64,000 nucleotides of DNA from an uncultured delta proteobacterium (GCA_963806225.1 CAWDXG010000001.1:320001-384000), one strand, 5' to 3'. Shown: positions 47,703 through 57,347, numbered from the stretch's first letter. The notes: generated by a model from the sequence alone, not told the origin. Numbers and translations are program-made.

Positions 47703-49403
47703 ATGCCCCAGCCATTGATCGAGTGCGTTCCGAACTTCAGCGAAGGCAAAAACATGACGGTGATCCGGCAGATCACCGACGAGATCGAGAGCGTCGAGGG
47801 CGTCAAGCTGCTCGACGTCGATCCGGGCAAGGCCACCAACCGCACCGTGGTCACCTTCGTCGGTGCCCCGGAGCCGGTGATCGAGGCCGCCTTCAAGGCC
47901 GCCGCCAAGGCCGCCGAGCTGATCGACATGTCGAAGCACAAGGGCGAGCACCCGCGCTTCGGCGCCACCGACGTCTGCCCGCTGGTTCCGGTGGCAGACA
48001 TCACCATGGAAGAGACGGCAGCGCACGCGCGCGAGCTCGGCCGCCGCATCGGCGAGCTGGGCATCCCGGTGTACTGCTACGAGAACGCCGCCTCGAGCGA
48101 AGAGCGCAAGAACCTCGCCACTGTGCGTGCCGGCGAGTACGAGGGGCTGCAGAGCAAGCTCGCCGATCCGGAATGGAAGCCCGATTTCGGCCCCAGCGAA
48201 CTCAACCCCAGCGCCGGCGCTACCGCCGTGGGGGCGCGTGACTTCCTGGTCGCGTACAACGTCAACCTCAACACGACCTCGACCCGCCGCGCCAACGCCG
48301 TGGCCTTCGATGTGCGCGAGCGCGGCCGCGAGAAGCGCGAGGGCGGCAAGCTGACGGGCAAGGTCGTCCGCGACGACAAGGGCAACCCGGTCATGGTCCC
48401 CGGCACGCTGCGCTGCGCAAAGGCGATCGGCTGGTTCATCGAGGAGTATGGCATCGCGCAGATCTCCATGAACCTGACCAACATCTCGGTTACCCCGGTC
48501 CACGTCGCGTTCGACGAGGTGTGCGAAAAGGCCACCGCCCGTGGCCTGCGCGTGACCGGCTCCGAGCTGGTGGGTCTCATCCCGCTCGGCGCCATGCTGG
48601 AGGCGGGGCGCTACTTCCTGCGCAAGCAGCAGCGCTCGGTGGGCGTCGCCGACCGCGAGCTGATCAAGATCGCCGTGAAGTCGATGGGCCTCGACGAGCT
48701 GAAGCCGTTCCGCCCGGAAGAAAAGATCATCGAGTACGTCATGGCCAAGGACGCCCCGCCCGGGCTGGTCGATCTGACCGTGCAGGGTTTCGTCGAGGAG
48801 ACGGCTTCCGAGTCGGTCGCTCCGGGCGGCGGCTCGGTGGCTGCTGCCATGGGCGCGATGGGCGCGGCGCTCGGCACCATGGTCGCCAACCTGTCGTCGC
48901 ACAAGCGCGGCTGGGACGATCGCTGGGAGGAGATGTCCGACTGGGCCGACAAGGGCAAGCAGCTGCACGACCAGCTCTTGCGCCTGATCGACGAGGACAC
49001 CGCGGCCTTCAACCGGGTGATGGCGGCTTTCCGCCTGCCCCAGGAGACCGCGGCGGACAAGCAGGCCCGCGAGCAGGCCATACAGGACGCCACGGTCGCG
49101 GCCATCGAGGTGCCCTTCCGGGTGATGCAGCTCGCGCGTGCGTCGCTCGACGTGGCCAAGGCCATGGCCGGGATCGGCAACCCGGCGTCCATCTCCGACG
49201 CCGGCGTGGGCGCACTCGCCGCGCGCGCTGCGGTCCACGGCGCCTTCCTCAACGTCCAGATCAACTGCCCCGGCCTGACCGACAAGGCGCGCGTGGCCGA
49301 CTTCATCGCCCGCGGCAAGGCCATCGAGCAGGAGGCCGTCGCCCTCGAGCAGGAGATCCTGGCGAAGGTGCGCGAAAAGCTGGAAGCGGATCTGGCGAAG
49401 TAG
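47703..49403 (+). CDS. ftcd: Bifunctional glutamate formimidoyltransferase / formiminotetrahydrofolate cyclodeaminase
   Basis: ECVPNFSEG, HKGEHPRFGATDVCP, GSELVGL, APGGGSVAA and NPASISD. Confidence 0.95.
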   Translation: MPQPLIECVPNFSEGKNMTVIRQITDEIESVEGVKLLDVDPGKATNRTVVTFVGAPEPVIEAAFKAAAKAAELIDMSKHKGEHPRFGATDVCPLVPVADITMEETAAHARELGRRIGELGIPVYCYENAASSEERKNLATVRAGEYEGLQSKLADPEWKPDFGPSELNPSAGATAVGARDFLVAYNVNLNTTSTRRANAVAFDVRERGREKREGGKLTGKVVRDDKGNPVMVPGTLRCAKAIGWFIEEYGIAQISMNLTNISVTPVHVAFDEVCEKATARGLRVTGSELVGLIPLGAMLEAGRYFLRKQQRSVGVADRELIKIAVKSMGLDELKPFRPEEKIIEYVMAKDAPPGLVDLTVQGFVEETASESVAPGGGSVAAAMGAMGAALGTMVANLSSHKRGWDDRWEEMSDWADKGKQLHDQLLRLIDEDTAAFNRVMAAFRLPQETAADKQAREQAIQDATVAAIEVPFRVMQLARASLDVAKAMAGIGNPASISDAGVGALAARAAVHGAFLNVQINCPGLTDKARVADFIARGKAIEQEAVALEQEILAKVREKLEADLAK

Positions 49404-49479
49404 CGGCGGGCCGAACCGCGTGTTCGAGCACGAACGAAGTGCGGCGCATTCCTCAAGCGGTCCCGGGCATTCGCCCGGC

Positions 49480-49794
49480 CGGGCGATCCCCTATCGATTG
49501 CTGGACGGCACGCTGGTCGCCAAGAACTGGGCCGACCTCACGGACGGTACGCTCACCCACGCGGTCGCCATGAGCGAACAGGGCAACACGCTGGCCAACG
49601 GCGAGGTGTGGACGAACACCTCCCCCAGCGGCGCGGCGGCCACGCCCAACGGTTGCAGCGGCTTCACCAGCAACGCCGCCAGCGCATCGATCGCCCAGGT
49701 CGGCGTGCTGAACGCCGCGAGCAGCAAGTGGACGCACGTCTACTTGCAGTACTGCAACCGCACCAACGTGCGCCTGTACTGCTTCCAGCAATAG
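49480..49794 (+). pseudogene. C-terminal fragment of a DUF1554/endostatin-like domain
   Basis: PYRLLDGTLVAKNWADLTDG...VWTNT...LYCFQQ*; the N-terminus is absent. Confidence 0.7.
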
Positions 49795-49881
49795 GCCCCG
49801 CGCGAGACACCGGGCTCGCGGTCGTCGAGCGATGCTTTGACGACCGCGAGCGGCGGTGCGCGCCGGCCGCTACGCGCCGCG

Positions 49882-50121
49882 CTAGAGCTTCTTGATCACC
49901 GCTGCAGCGAGCTTCTTGGCGTCGGCGAGATCGGCGGCGCGGCTTCGCTCGTCCGCACCACGCTCGGCGGGGCCGGCGCCCTTCTTCGCCGGCGCCGCCG
50001 CTTTTCTTGCGGCGGACACCGCGGCGGCGGCGGAGCCGGACTTGGTGCTGTGGTGCTTGCATGCCGCAAGCTGGAAAGCGGCAAGTAGCGCAAGGAACGG
50101 AGACAAACGAGAAACACGCAT
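49882..50121 (-). pseudogene. Short lipoprotein ORF, probably an N-terminal fragment
   Basis: Lipobox LAAC, then a low-complexity linker and an early stop. Confidence 0.45.
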
Positions 50122-50389
50122 GACAGCTTCCACCCCTACGGGTACCTGCTGCGGGTCCTCACCGGATCGGGGACCGCCACGCTGCGCCGCCTCGACGGTG
50201 ACGGGGTGTGGCAGCAGCCGGCGGTGCCGGCGCCACCGGAGCTGGCCTACGCCAGCGCGGGCGCTCGCACGGCGGACGGCTTCGTGTGGCTTGCGAAGGC
50301 GAAGCAGGGCGATATCCAGGTCGTCCGGACCGACGCGAGCTTTGCCGTGACCGGGACCGACACGATTCCGGGCGACCTGGTGGAGGGCG

Positions 50390-50450
50390 CGTGCGCTTCA
50401 AGAGCGCGGCCCAGGGGCGATAGCCCGGGCGGTGCGTGGACGGCGCCACG
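50390..50450 (-). mobile_element. Short IS91-like transposase remnant
   Basis: Encodes THRPGYRPWAALLKRT. Positions 50402-50427 are identical (26 nt) to 43593-43618. Confidence 0.75.
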
Positions 50451-50509
50451 CTCTGCCGGTGGCGACCGCCAGCAAAGGCGCACAGCTGTGTGGGGCCCCC
50501 GGCCGGGCG

Positions 50510-50625
50510 AAGCCCGGGCTTGGCGGGCCCGCGGCGCGCGACCAGCGCGCCGCACCGCGAAACGGCGCCGAGCGTGCGGGGCAAGCGCGGCTCGCACCCC
50601 TGCGGAGATGCGCGCGTATCCGCAG
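50510..50625 (-). repeat. Right-edge motif set (inverted counterpart of 38483-38549) with terminal hairpin
   Basis: AAGCCCGGGCTTGG at 50510, CAAGCGCGG at 50582, GCGTATCCGC at 50614, and hairpin CTGCGGA-N12-TCCGCAG at 50600-50625. Confidence 0.6.
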
Positions 50626-50682
50626 TCATGAATTGGTCAGGTAGTCGTTGACCTTCATTGCCGGCTTCTCCACCATGCTTCC

Positions 50683-52297
50683 ATGGCGAAGCAGAAGGTG
50701 GTGATCCTGGGAGGTGGGCTGTCGGCGCTGTCGGCGGGGGTCCACTTGTTGCAGGAAGGCGGCGGTGACCATTTCGAGGTGACGATCCTGTGCATGGAGC
50801 ACCGGCTCGGCGGCAAAGCGTCGAGTTGGCGGCTGCCGGATGGTCGCTATATGGAAATCGGCTTCCACGGCGTGTTCGGCTACTACAACGCGCTGCAGAA
50901 GCTGCTGGCCCGCGCCGGGCACCCGGTCACCGACCCTCGCTGGTTCTCCAACAACGACGGCGTGCATCTGATGTACGAAGCGGGCGCCCGCGCGGTGAAC
51001 CGACTGGACATCCCGGAGGGGCCGCTCGACGTGGGCGCGCTCTTCCACAACGGCTTCGTCGGCTACCAGGGCATGAGCTTCAAGGAGAAGCTCGAGGCGG
51101 GCAGGTGGTTCGCTACCACGGGTGTCCGGCTTCTGACGCAGAAGTTCGAACCGGAGCTCGACGAGCACTCGTTCACCGCCTACGCGGTCGCGACGGGGCT
51201 CGATATCGAGCTGACGAAGAAGAGCTGGTTCCGCTATGTGCTGGAGCTCGCGTTCAACTATCCCGCCCCCGGCTCGGCCTACGTCGGGATGATCGGCTTT
51301 TCGCACCTGATGAGCCCCGCCAACAGCACCGTCTACTACCTCAACGGCGGGCTCAGCGAGGTCATCGTGGCGCCCATTGCCCAGCTCTTCGTCTCGCTCG
51401 GTGGCAAGGTCGAGTTCTGCACCAAGGTGACGCGCGTGGAGCTCGATCCGGGCACGCACCGCATCGAGAAGGTCGTCATGCAGCCGACGGCGACGCCCGT
51501 GCCCATCGCCGGCGTGGTGGATCACGTCGACGTGACCCCGATCGGCGGCAGCTACTCGCTGAAGGACGCCCCGTATCCCGTAGGCGACCCCGCGCCGGCG
51601 GCGGGAGCGCCGGAGCGCGTGCTCCAGCACGGCACGGATTTCGACCACGTGGTGTGGACCCTGCCGGTGCGCTCCAGCCGTGCGCTGCTTCGCACGACTC
51701 CCGATTTCGAGCGTGCCGTACTGGACGAGCCCCAGCTCCGGCGCATGTGGGCGCTCCGCAGCGTGGCGTCGATTCTCGCTCCGGATGTGGCTGCCCGAGA
51801 AGGTGATGCCCTCGGATTTCACCACGGTGGTGATGGGCACGCCCGAGCCGGCACCGACGATTATCGACTACACCAACCGCGTGAGCGAGCTGGAGGCCAG
51901 TACCTGGGGCTCGGTGATCGAGTTCGAGGGAGAAGAAGGCCTGCACGGCGATCTCACCGACACCGAGATCGTTCGCGAGCTGCTTTCCGGCTTCGTGGAG
52001 CTGCCCTTCGTCGAGAAATCGAAGGTCGACATCGACGCCGTGGTCAACCAGACGGGCGGCTGCCATCACGAGTTCCGCCGCAACACCGCCAACCATCTGC
52101 GCTATCTGCTGATGGAACCCGGCCACTGGAAGTTCCGCCCCGAGCAGGACAGGAGCCCCTACGAAAACCTCGTCTTCGCCGGCGACTGGATGGCGGGCAC
52201 CCAGCCGACGGCCAGCATGGAGGCTGCCGTGCGCACCGGCCGCGTGGCGGCGGATTTGCTGAGGCCGAGGGTAGGGTTGCCTACGGCTGACGAGTAG
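50683..52297 (+). CDS. FAD-dependent oxidoreductase (amine oxidase / carotenoid desaturase-like); +1 frameshift near 51773
   Basis: ILGGGLSALSAG, RLGGKASSW and EIGFHGVFGYY. The C-terminal FAGDW...SMEAAVRTG is in the second frame (51680..52297). Confidence 0.85.
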
Positions 52298-52300
52298 TGC

Positions 52301-52864
52301 CTACCGGGTCACCCAACTGACCTTGAAGCGCCAGCGGATGGGAGTGACTTTCTCGTAGCTGGTGGGGAACGGCGTGCGGCCGAGCATGGCGATGATGGTG
52401 TCGCTCCAGCCGGCGATGAGATCGGGAATGCCGACGGGCAGGTCGGGATCCTCCAGCTCCCCGATCAGGTGGTCGTCGGCTTCTTCCACGACGACAAAGC
52501 GCCCCACGTTGCTCTGGCGGGACCACACGCTGGTGGCGCGGTTGAAAACCAACGCGGGTGTCGCGAACTTGAGGAACAGCCGGTAGATCATGTGCAGCTG
52601 GAAGCGCGCTGCCATGGCGCCGAGCTCGCGCACCTCGTTCACATCGCCGTGCACCGCCGCCTGGAAGGCCTGCATCAGCGCGTGCAGGTGCTTTCGCGTG
52701 TACCAGTTGTTCGCGAAGATCGATCCTGCGAAGAACTCGCGGGAGTCGTCGGGTAGATGCTCCTCCACGCGGCTCCACAAGGCGCTGCGTTCCCGCTTCA
52801 GCGGCGTCACGTAGGAAAGGTACGTGTAGCCCTTGACCTGTGCGTCGTCCGCTTCCACCCTCAT
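52301..52864 (-). CDS. Myxobacterial hypothetical protein (DUF2378/H-NOX-V4R-like)
   Basis: VKG...WY...ELG...IYRLFLKFATP...W pattern. ATGA overlap with the upstream gene. Confidence 0.7.
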   Translation of the reverse strand: MRVEADDAQVKGYTYLSYVTPLKRERSALWSRVEEHLPDDSREFFAGSIFANNWYTRKHLHALMQAFQAAVHGDVNEVRELGAMAARFQLHMIYRLFLKFATPALVFNRATSVWSRQSNVGRFVVVEEADDHLIGELEDPDLPVGIPDLIAGWSDTIIAMLGRTPFPTSYEKVTPIRWRFKVSWVTR

Positions 52865-53742
52865 TCCGCCGGGACCGGACCCTGGTCGGTCCAGCGGTAG
52901 AAGCCGAGGCCGACCTTCTTGCCGAGGCGGCCTGCACGCACCATCTGCCTGAGAATCGTCGGCGGTCGGAACTGCTCGCCGATTTCGCGTTGCAGGTGTT
53001 CGAGGATCGCCAGCCGCACGTCGAGCCCTACCAGGTCGGTCAGCTTGAGCGGCCCCATGGGATGACGGTAGCCGAGCTCCATCGCGCGGTCGATGTCCAC
53101 GGCGCGTGCCACGCCCGACTCCAGCATACGCATCGCCTCGGCGCCGAGGGCGACGCCCAGCCGGCTGCTGGCGAAACCGGGGAAATCATTCACCACGATC
53201 GGCTCCTTGCCGACCTGCTGGGCGAACGCGAGCGCACGCTCGACCGTGGCGTCGGCGGTCCCGAGTCCGCGCACGATCTCCAGGAGCGGCATCACCGGAG
53301 GCGGGTTGAAGAAATGCAGACCCACCGTGCGCTCTGCAACCCCGAGGCGCTGGCCCAGCTCCGTGAGCGACAGGCTGGAGGTGTTCGAGCCGATCAGTGC
53401 GCCGTCCGGGAGCAGCTTCACGACCTCACCGAGCAACGACACCTTCAGCTCCATCGACTCCGGCGCCGCCTCGATGACGAGCTCCGCGTCCCGGCATGCA
53501 TCGGCGAGGGCGGCCGTCGGCTTGATGCGCGCGAAAGTCGAGTCGCGTTCGCTCTGGTCGATGCGGCCCTTCTCGACCAGTCGGTCGAGCTGCTTGCCGA
53601 CGCCCGCCATGGCGGCGTCGAGCTGGCCCTGGGCCACGTCGTACAGGCGCGTGTCGATCTTCCGCGACGCGCACAGCTGCGCGATGCCGCGCCCCATGGT
53701 GCCCGCCCCCAGCACCGCGACCCTTCCCAGCCCGTCTGTCAT
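52861..53742 (-). CDS. 3-hydroxyacyl(butyryl)-CoA dehydrogenase
   Basis: GAGTMGRGIA, SNTSSL, GLHFFNP and HPMGPLKLTDLVGLD. Confidence 0.95.
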   Translation of the reverse strand: MTDGLGRVAVLGAGTMGRGIAQLCASRKIDTRLYDVAQGQLDAAMAGVGKQLDRLVEKGRIDQSERDSTFARIKPTAALADACRDAELVIEAAPESMELKVSLLGEVVKLLPDGALIGSNTSSLSLTELGQRLGVAERTVGLHFFNPPPVMPLLEIVRGLGTADATVERALAFAQQVGKEPIVVNDFPGFASSRLGVALGAEAMRMLESGVARAVDIDRAMELGYRHPMGPLKLTDLVGLDVRLAILEHLQREIGEQFRPPTILRQMVRAGRLGKKVGLGFYRWTDQGPVPAE

Positions 53743-53812
53743 GGGTCGGGAGCTTGGTTTCTGTCGCCGGCGCTGTAAAGGCCCGCCTCCTGGGCGCCTG
53801 ATCGCCGCCGGA

Positions 53813-54526
53813 CTACGGGCGCAGCGCCTGGCCGGCGAGGCTTTCGTCGCAGGTTACGCAGCGCTTGGGCACGTGGGCCTTGTGATAGACCTGACCGCAG
53901 GTGGGGCAGAGCCGCGCGTCGCGCTCGAAGGAAATGGCCTCGCCGCTGGCCGCGCACTCGCGTCCGGCGACCTGGAGGTCCTCGATGGTCAGCACCTCGC
54001 CGTCGCCTTCCCCGGGCTTCGGCAGCGTGTCGACGATGCTGCCCTTCACGTCCATCGCTTCGGGTACCCGGCGCACACCTTCCTTGAGCAGCCACGCGAC
54101 GGCCGTGCGGTGCGCCTTCACCGGGATCGTCAGCGTCAGACCCTCACCGCGCGCCACCAGCTGGCCCTTGTCCACGCTGACCCGCTCGATGTCGCACCAG
54201 GGCAGCCGCACCAGCTCCTTGCCCTTCTCGATCGCTATGCCAGCGTCGCCCACACGTACGGGGAGCGCGCCGCTGTCGCCGAACCAGAGCGCGCCGGCGA
54301 GCACCAGTGCGCCGCTGGTGACGATATAGGGCGCGTAGCTGTGGGGTGGATCGCTGATCCACTGCGCGTAGACGCCCGCGCCGAGCCCCGCAGCACCCAG
54401 TGCCCCGGCGGCGACGGCCGCCCAGGACGTGTGGGTCTGCTGCGGAGTGAATCGGCGTTCCCTGCGCTCGCGCCGGGGGGCCTTTTTCCTGCTCTTCTTC
54501 TTCTTGCGGGTCGTGGGTTCGGCCAT
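53813..54526 (-). CDS. Two-TM protein with C-terminal RING-like zinc-binding motif
   Basis: Basic N-terminus, two TM helices, and C-terminal CAASG...CPTCGQVYHKAH...CVTC. Confidence 0.8.
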   Translation of the reverse strand: MAEPTTRKKKKSRKKAPRRERRERRFTPQQTHTSWAAVAAGALGAAGLGAGVYAQWISDPPHSYAPYIVTSGALVLAGALWFGDSGALPVRVGDAGIAIEKGKELVRLPWCDIERVSVDKGQLVARGEGLTLTIPVKAHRTAVAWLLKEGVRRVPEAMDVKGSIVDTLPKPGEGDGEVLTIEDLQVAGRECAASGEAISFERDARLCPTCGQVYHKAHVPKRCVTCDESLAGQALRP

Positions 54527-54713
54527 GGGGATTACCGGAGGCGGAGCCTAGCAAGAGCGGAGCGCGGCACGACACAAACCTTTTTGCGGGCGCCGCGGCC
54601 CGGCCTGGGAGGCCGACAGATGACGCGGAAGAAACACGGAGCGGCCGCTGTTGTTCCCGGGGGCTTTTCGGCGCTCGACGCCGCCGCCCGGTGCTGCGAC
54701 GCTCGCCTCAGCC

Positions 54714-56048
54714 GTGAGCCGCATTGCCCTGTACTCGCTGCCCCTCGTCACCGTGGTCGTGGTGGCGTTCGCCCTGTTCGTGGTCGGGGCGCCGGAGCCC
54801 TATGCCGGAGCGCGGATCTACGGCGGTCCGACGCAGGGAGCGACGCGTCTGTCGTGGCGGCTTTCGCTGGTGCGCTGGGAGGACGGCGCGCAGTCGAAGG
54901 CGCATCGCGCGCGGCTCGCGGTGGAAGCGCGGCTTTCCGACGGGCGTCGGGTGTCCTGGACGGGAAAGCCCGACCCCCAGGGTATGGCCGCGGTGGAGGT
55001 GGCGGTGCCGGGGGCGCCCGTCAGCGGACCGATCGACGTCGTGGTGTCCGCTCCCGGCGACCGCGTGCCCCTCGCAAGCGGTCGCATCGAGCTTCCGGCG
55101 GGCAAGTGGCTATCGAAGCAGCGCGATCATGGCGGTTGGATCAAGGGGCACCAGACCGGTGATCTGCTTGTGCGCGCGGCGCCGGCCCGCGGCGTGTTCG
55201 CCGTGCCGTTCAGCGATCCGCTCTGGATCGAGGTGCGGGGTCCCCGCGGCCCGGTGCCTCACGCGAAGCTCTCGCTCCGTCCGGAGGGCCTCGATGTCCG
55301 TGCAGCGGAGCCGCTCGAAACCCGGGCCGACGGCCGCGCCCAGGTGCGCGTCGCACCGCGCGAGTTCAACGTGGCGCTGCGCATCGCCGCGACAGCTCCT
55401 GATGGGAGCCACGGCGAGTGGTATTCGACGCTGCCGGTGGTCGTGGGCGCGATGCACGCCGCGCTCGCAGGCAAGAGGGTCCTGGTGCGTTCGCCGATCG
55501 AGCGCGCGCGTGCGTACTTCGGGCTGATAACGCCGCGCACGCGTCTCGCCGGTGCGCCGCTGGAGCTCCATCCCGACGGCCGCGGCGGTGCGGTTGCCGA
55601 GGTGGCGCTGCCCCCGCTGCCGCCGGGGCCGCTGTGGGCCGTAGTGTCGAGCGAGCCGGAGCTGTCGTCGGAAGCCACCGTGGGTTGGCCGCTCAGGGTC
55701 CGGCTCGGCGCCGGCGATCCGCCCCACGAACGCGTGGTGCCCGATCGACTTCTGCTCGACGGACTCGTCGACGCTGCGCGCCGTGATCGGGAACGGCGCC
55801 GCCGCGCGCGGCTGCTCGCGGGATTGTTCTCGGCCTTCGCAGCGGCGCTGGTGGGCGTGCTGCTGGTGCTGCGCGTGAAGAAGTCCGAGGCCGACCTGGC
55901 TGCGCATCTGGCGCGTCACAGCGAGAACAGCGAAGAGACGGAGCACATCCCGGAGCGCGGCACGGGCTGGGTACTTCTGGTCGCCGTGTTGTGCCTGGCG
56001 CTGGGTTTCCTCGTGGTCGCGCTGGTGGTGATGTACCGGATCGGCTAG
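54714..56048 (+). CDS. Hypothetical membrane protein with large extracytoplasmic beta-rich region
   Basis: One N-terminal TM and two C-terminal TM segments; GTG start at 54714 assumed. Confidence 0.75.
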   Translation: MSRIALYSLPLVTVVVVAFALFVVGAPEPYAGARIYGGPTQGATRLSWRLSLVRWEDGAQSKAHRARLAVEARLSDGRRVSWTGKPDPQGMAAVEVAVPGAPVSGPIDVVVSAPGDRVPLASGRIELPAGKWLSKQRDHGGWIKGHQTGDLLVRAAPARGVFAVPFSDPLWIEVRGPRGPVPHAKLSLRPEGLDVRAAEPLETRADGRAQVRVAPREFNVALRIAATAPDGSHGEWYSTLPVVVGAMHAALAGKRVLVRSPIERARAYFGLITPRTRLAGAPLELHPDGRGGAVAEVALPPLPPGPLWAVVSSEPELSSEATVGWPLRVRLGAGDPPHERVVPDRLLLDGLVDAARRDRERRRRARLLAGLFSAFAAALVGVLLVLRVKKSEADLAAHLARHSENSEETEHIPERGTGWVLLVAVLCLALGFLVVALVVMYRIG

Positions 56049-56093
56049 CGCGCGCGCTTGACAGGCGACCGGCGTTCCGGAGAAGTAGGCGGG

Positions 56094-57134
56094 GTGACAC
56101 GACCTCGATTGCGGCCGCCGCGCGTGCTGTACGCGCTTGCGATGCTCGCGTGGGCATGCGCTGGCAGTCCGGCGAAGAGCGCCGCGGCCGCGCCGCGACA
56201 TCACCATCCGGCGCGCCACCCGGCGCGCCACGCGCCGCGCTGGGCGCCGGTGATCGGCGGCAGCAACGTCGACCGGGTCAAGCTCCGCTGGGAAGCCGCT
56301 GTCGGCGGCTTCGGACGCGCTGTAGCGATCGACCGCGCGCTCGGGCGCGTGGCGGTGGCAACGGGCTCGCCCGTCAAGCTGTTCGATCTCGGTACGGGCA
56401 AGGACGCGGGCAGCGTGGACAGCTGCCGCGACGTCGTGCGCGGCGGAATCGCCTTCGACAAGGGCAAGCTCCTGGTCGTGTGCGAAAAGACGCTGCAGCT
56501 GTTCGACGGGAAGAAGCTCGCACACCTGCACGCGCCGCGCATCAACCCGTCGCCGGTCACGGCGTCGGCGGTTGCCTGGCCGCGCATCGCGCTGGGCCAC
56601 CACGACGGGGTGATCCGTGTCTACGATCTCGACGGCGGCGACACGATCGAGATCCCGGTGCCCGGTCCGCCCATCGATGTGAAGAGCATGGCGATGACGC
56701 CCGACGGCTCGCGCGTGGCTGTGGCCTGGGTGCAGGGCTCGATCTGGTGGTGGGACACCAAGGCCCCCGGCGTACCCCACAAGCTGGTGCGTCACGAGAG
56801 CGAGGCCGATGCCGTTTCGTTCAACGACGGCGGCACACTGCTGGCGGAAGAAGGCGAGCCCCGCTACACGACCGTCTGGACCTTCGCCGGCACACCCGCG
56901 GAAAAGACGAAGATCAAGAACGGGCGCTGGGTGAAGCGCATCTGGTTCACCAAGGACTCGAAGTGGCTGGTGCGCGGCGGCTCGGACGGGCTCGAGATCG
57001 CCGAGATCGCGGGGCCGCAGCGCGTCGCGCTGGACACGAGCGGCAAGGTCGAGGACGTTGCCATGGACGACCGCCGGGCGACGATCGCGGCGGTGGACCG
57101 GGCGGGCCGGCTCACCACCTGGGCAGCTCGCTGA
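56094..57134 (+). CDS. WD40-like beta-propeller lipoprotein
   Basis: Lipobox-like AWAC; blades such as DGVIRVYD, GSIWWWD and MTPDGSRVA. Confidence 0.8.
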   Translation: MTRPRLRPPRVLYALAMLAWACAGSPAKSAAAAPRHHHPARHPARHAPRWAPVIGGSNVDRVKLRWEAAVGGFGRAVAIDRALGRVAVATGSPVKLFDLGTGKDAGSVDSCRDVVRGGIAFDKGKLLVVCEKTLQLFDGKKLAHLHAPRINPSPVTASAVAWPRIALGHHDGVIRVYDLDGGDTIEIPVPGPPIDVKSMAMTPDGSRVAVAWVQGSIWWWDTKAPGVPHKLVRHESEADAVSFNDGGTLLAEEGEPRYTTVWTFAGTPAEKTKIKNGRWVKRIWFTKDSKWLVRGGSDGLEIAEIAGPQRVALDTSGKVEDVAMDDRRATIAAVDRAGRLTTWAAR

Positions 57135-57280
57135 GCGGCAGCGCGATCACAGCCCTGCGAACGCGCGAGCGCGGCGGGTCGGCGTGGGCGACGCGCCCGT
57201 ACCACAGTTGTGGTTTCTGGCGCACAGGGCGGCCGCTTCCGCAAGCAGCACAAGCGCATGGAATCGCGCAGTTTCGCCGC

Positions 57281-57296
57281 TGGCACACGAGCTGCA
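57281..57296 (+). promoter_or_regulatory. Sigma-54 (-24/-12) promoter
   Basis: TGGCACACGAGCTGCA has GG-N10-GC spacing and lies about 50 nt upstream of ATG 57348, which has a GGAGA ribosome-binding site. Confidence 0.7.
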
Positions 57297-57347
57297 ATCG
57301 GTCCTCGTCGAAGCGCCGCCCCCGGCGCAGCAGACGGAGATCGACAC

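Larger units (their letters stand above)
38411..50680. mobile_element. Mosaic accessory island with IS91-like remnants and many gene fragments
   Basis: Regular gene structure breaks down here; transposase remnants, repeated end motifs, truncated ORFs in both orientations and TA remnants. Boundaries are approximate. Confidence 0.7.

Noticed and set aside
46575..49794. Diversity-generating retroelement or retron (C-type-lectin-like fragment, near-identical short repeats)
   Set aside because: There is no reverse transcriptase and no TR/VR pair with adenine-specific differences.
38411..50680. Island as an integron cassette array
   Set aside because: I saw no integrase or regular attC (RYYYAAC...GTTRRRY) sites, and the pieces are truncated and in mixed orientation.
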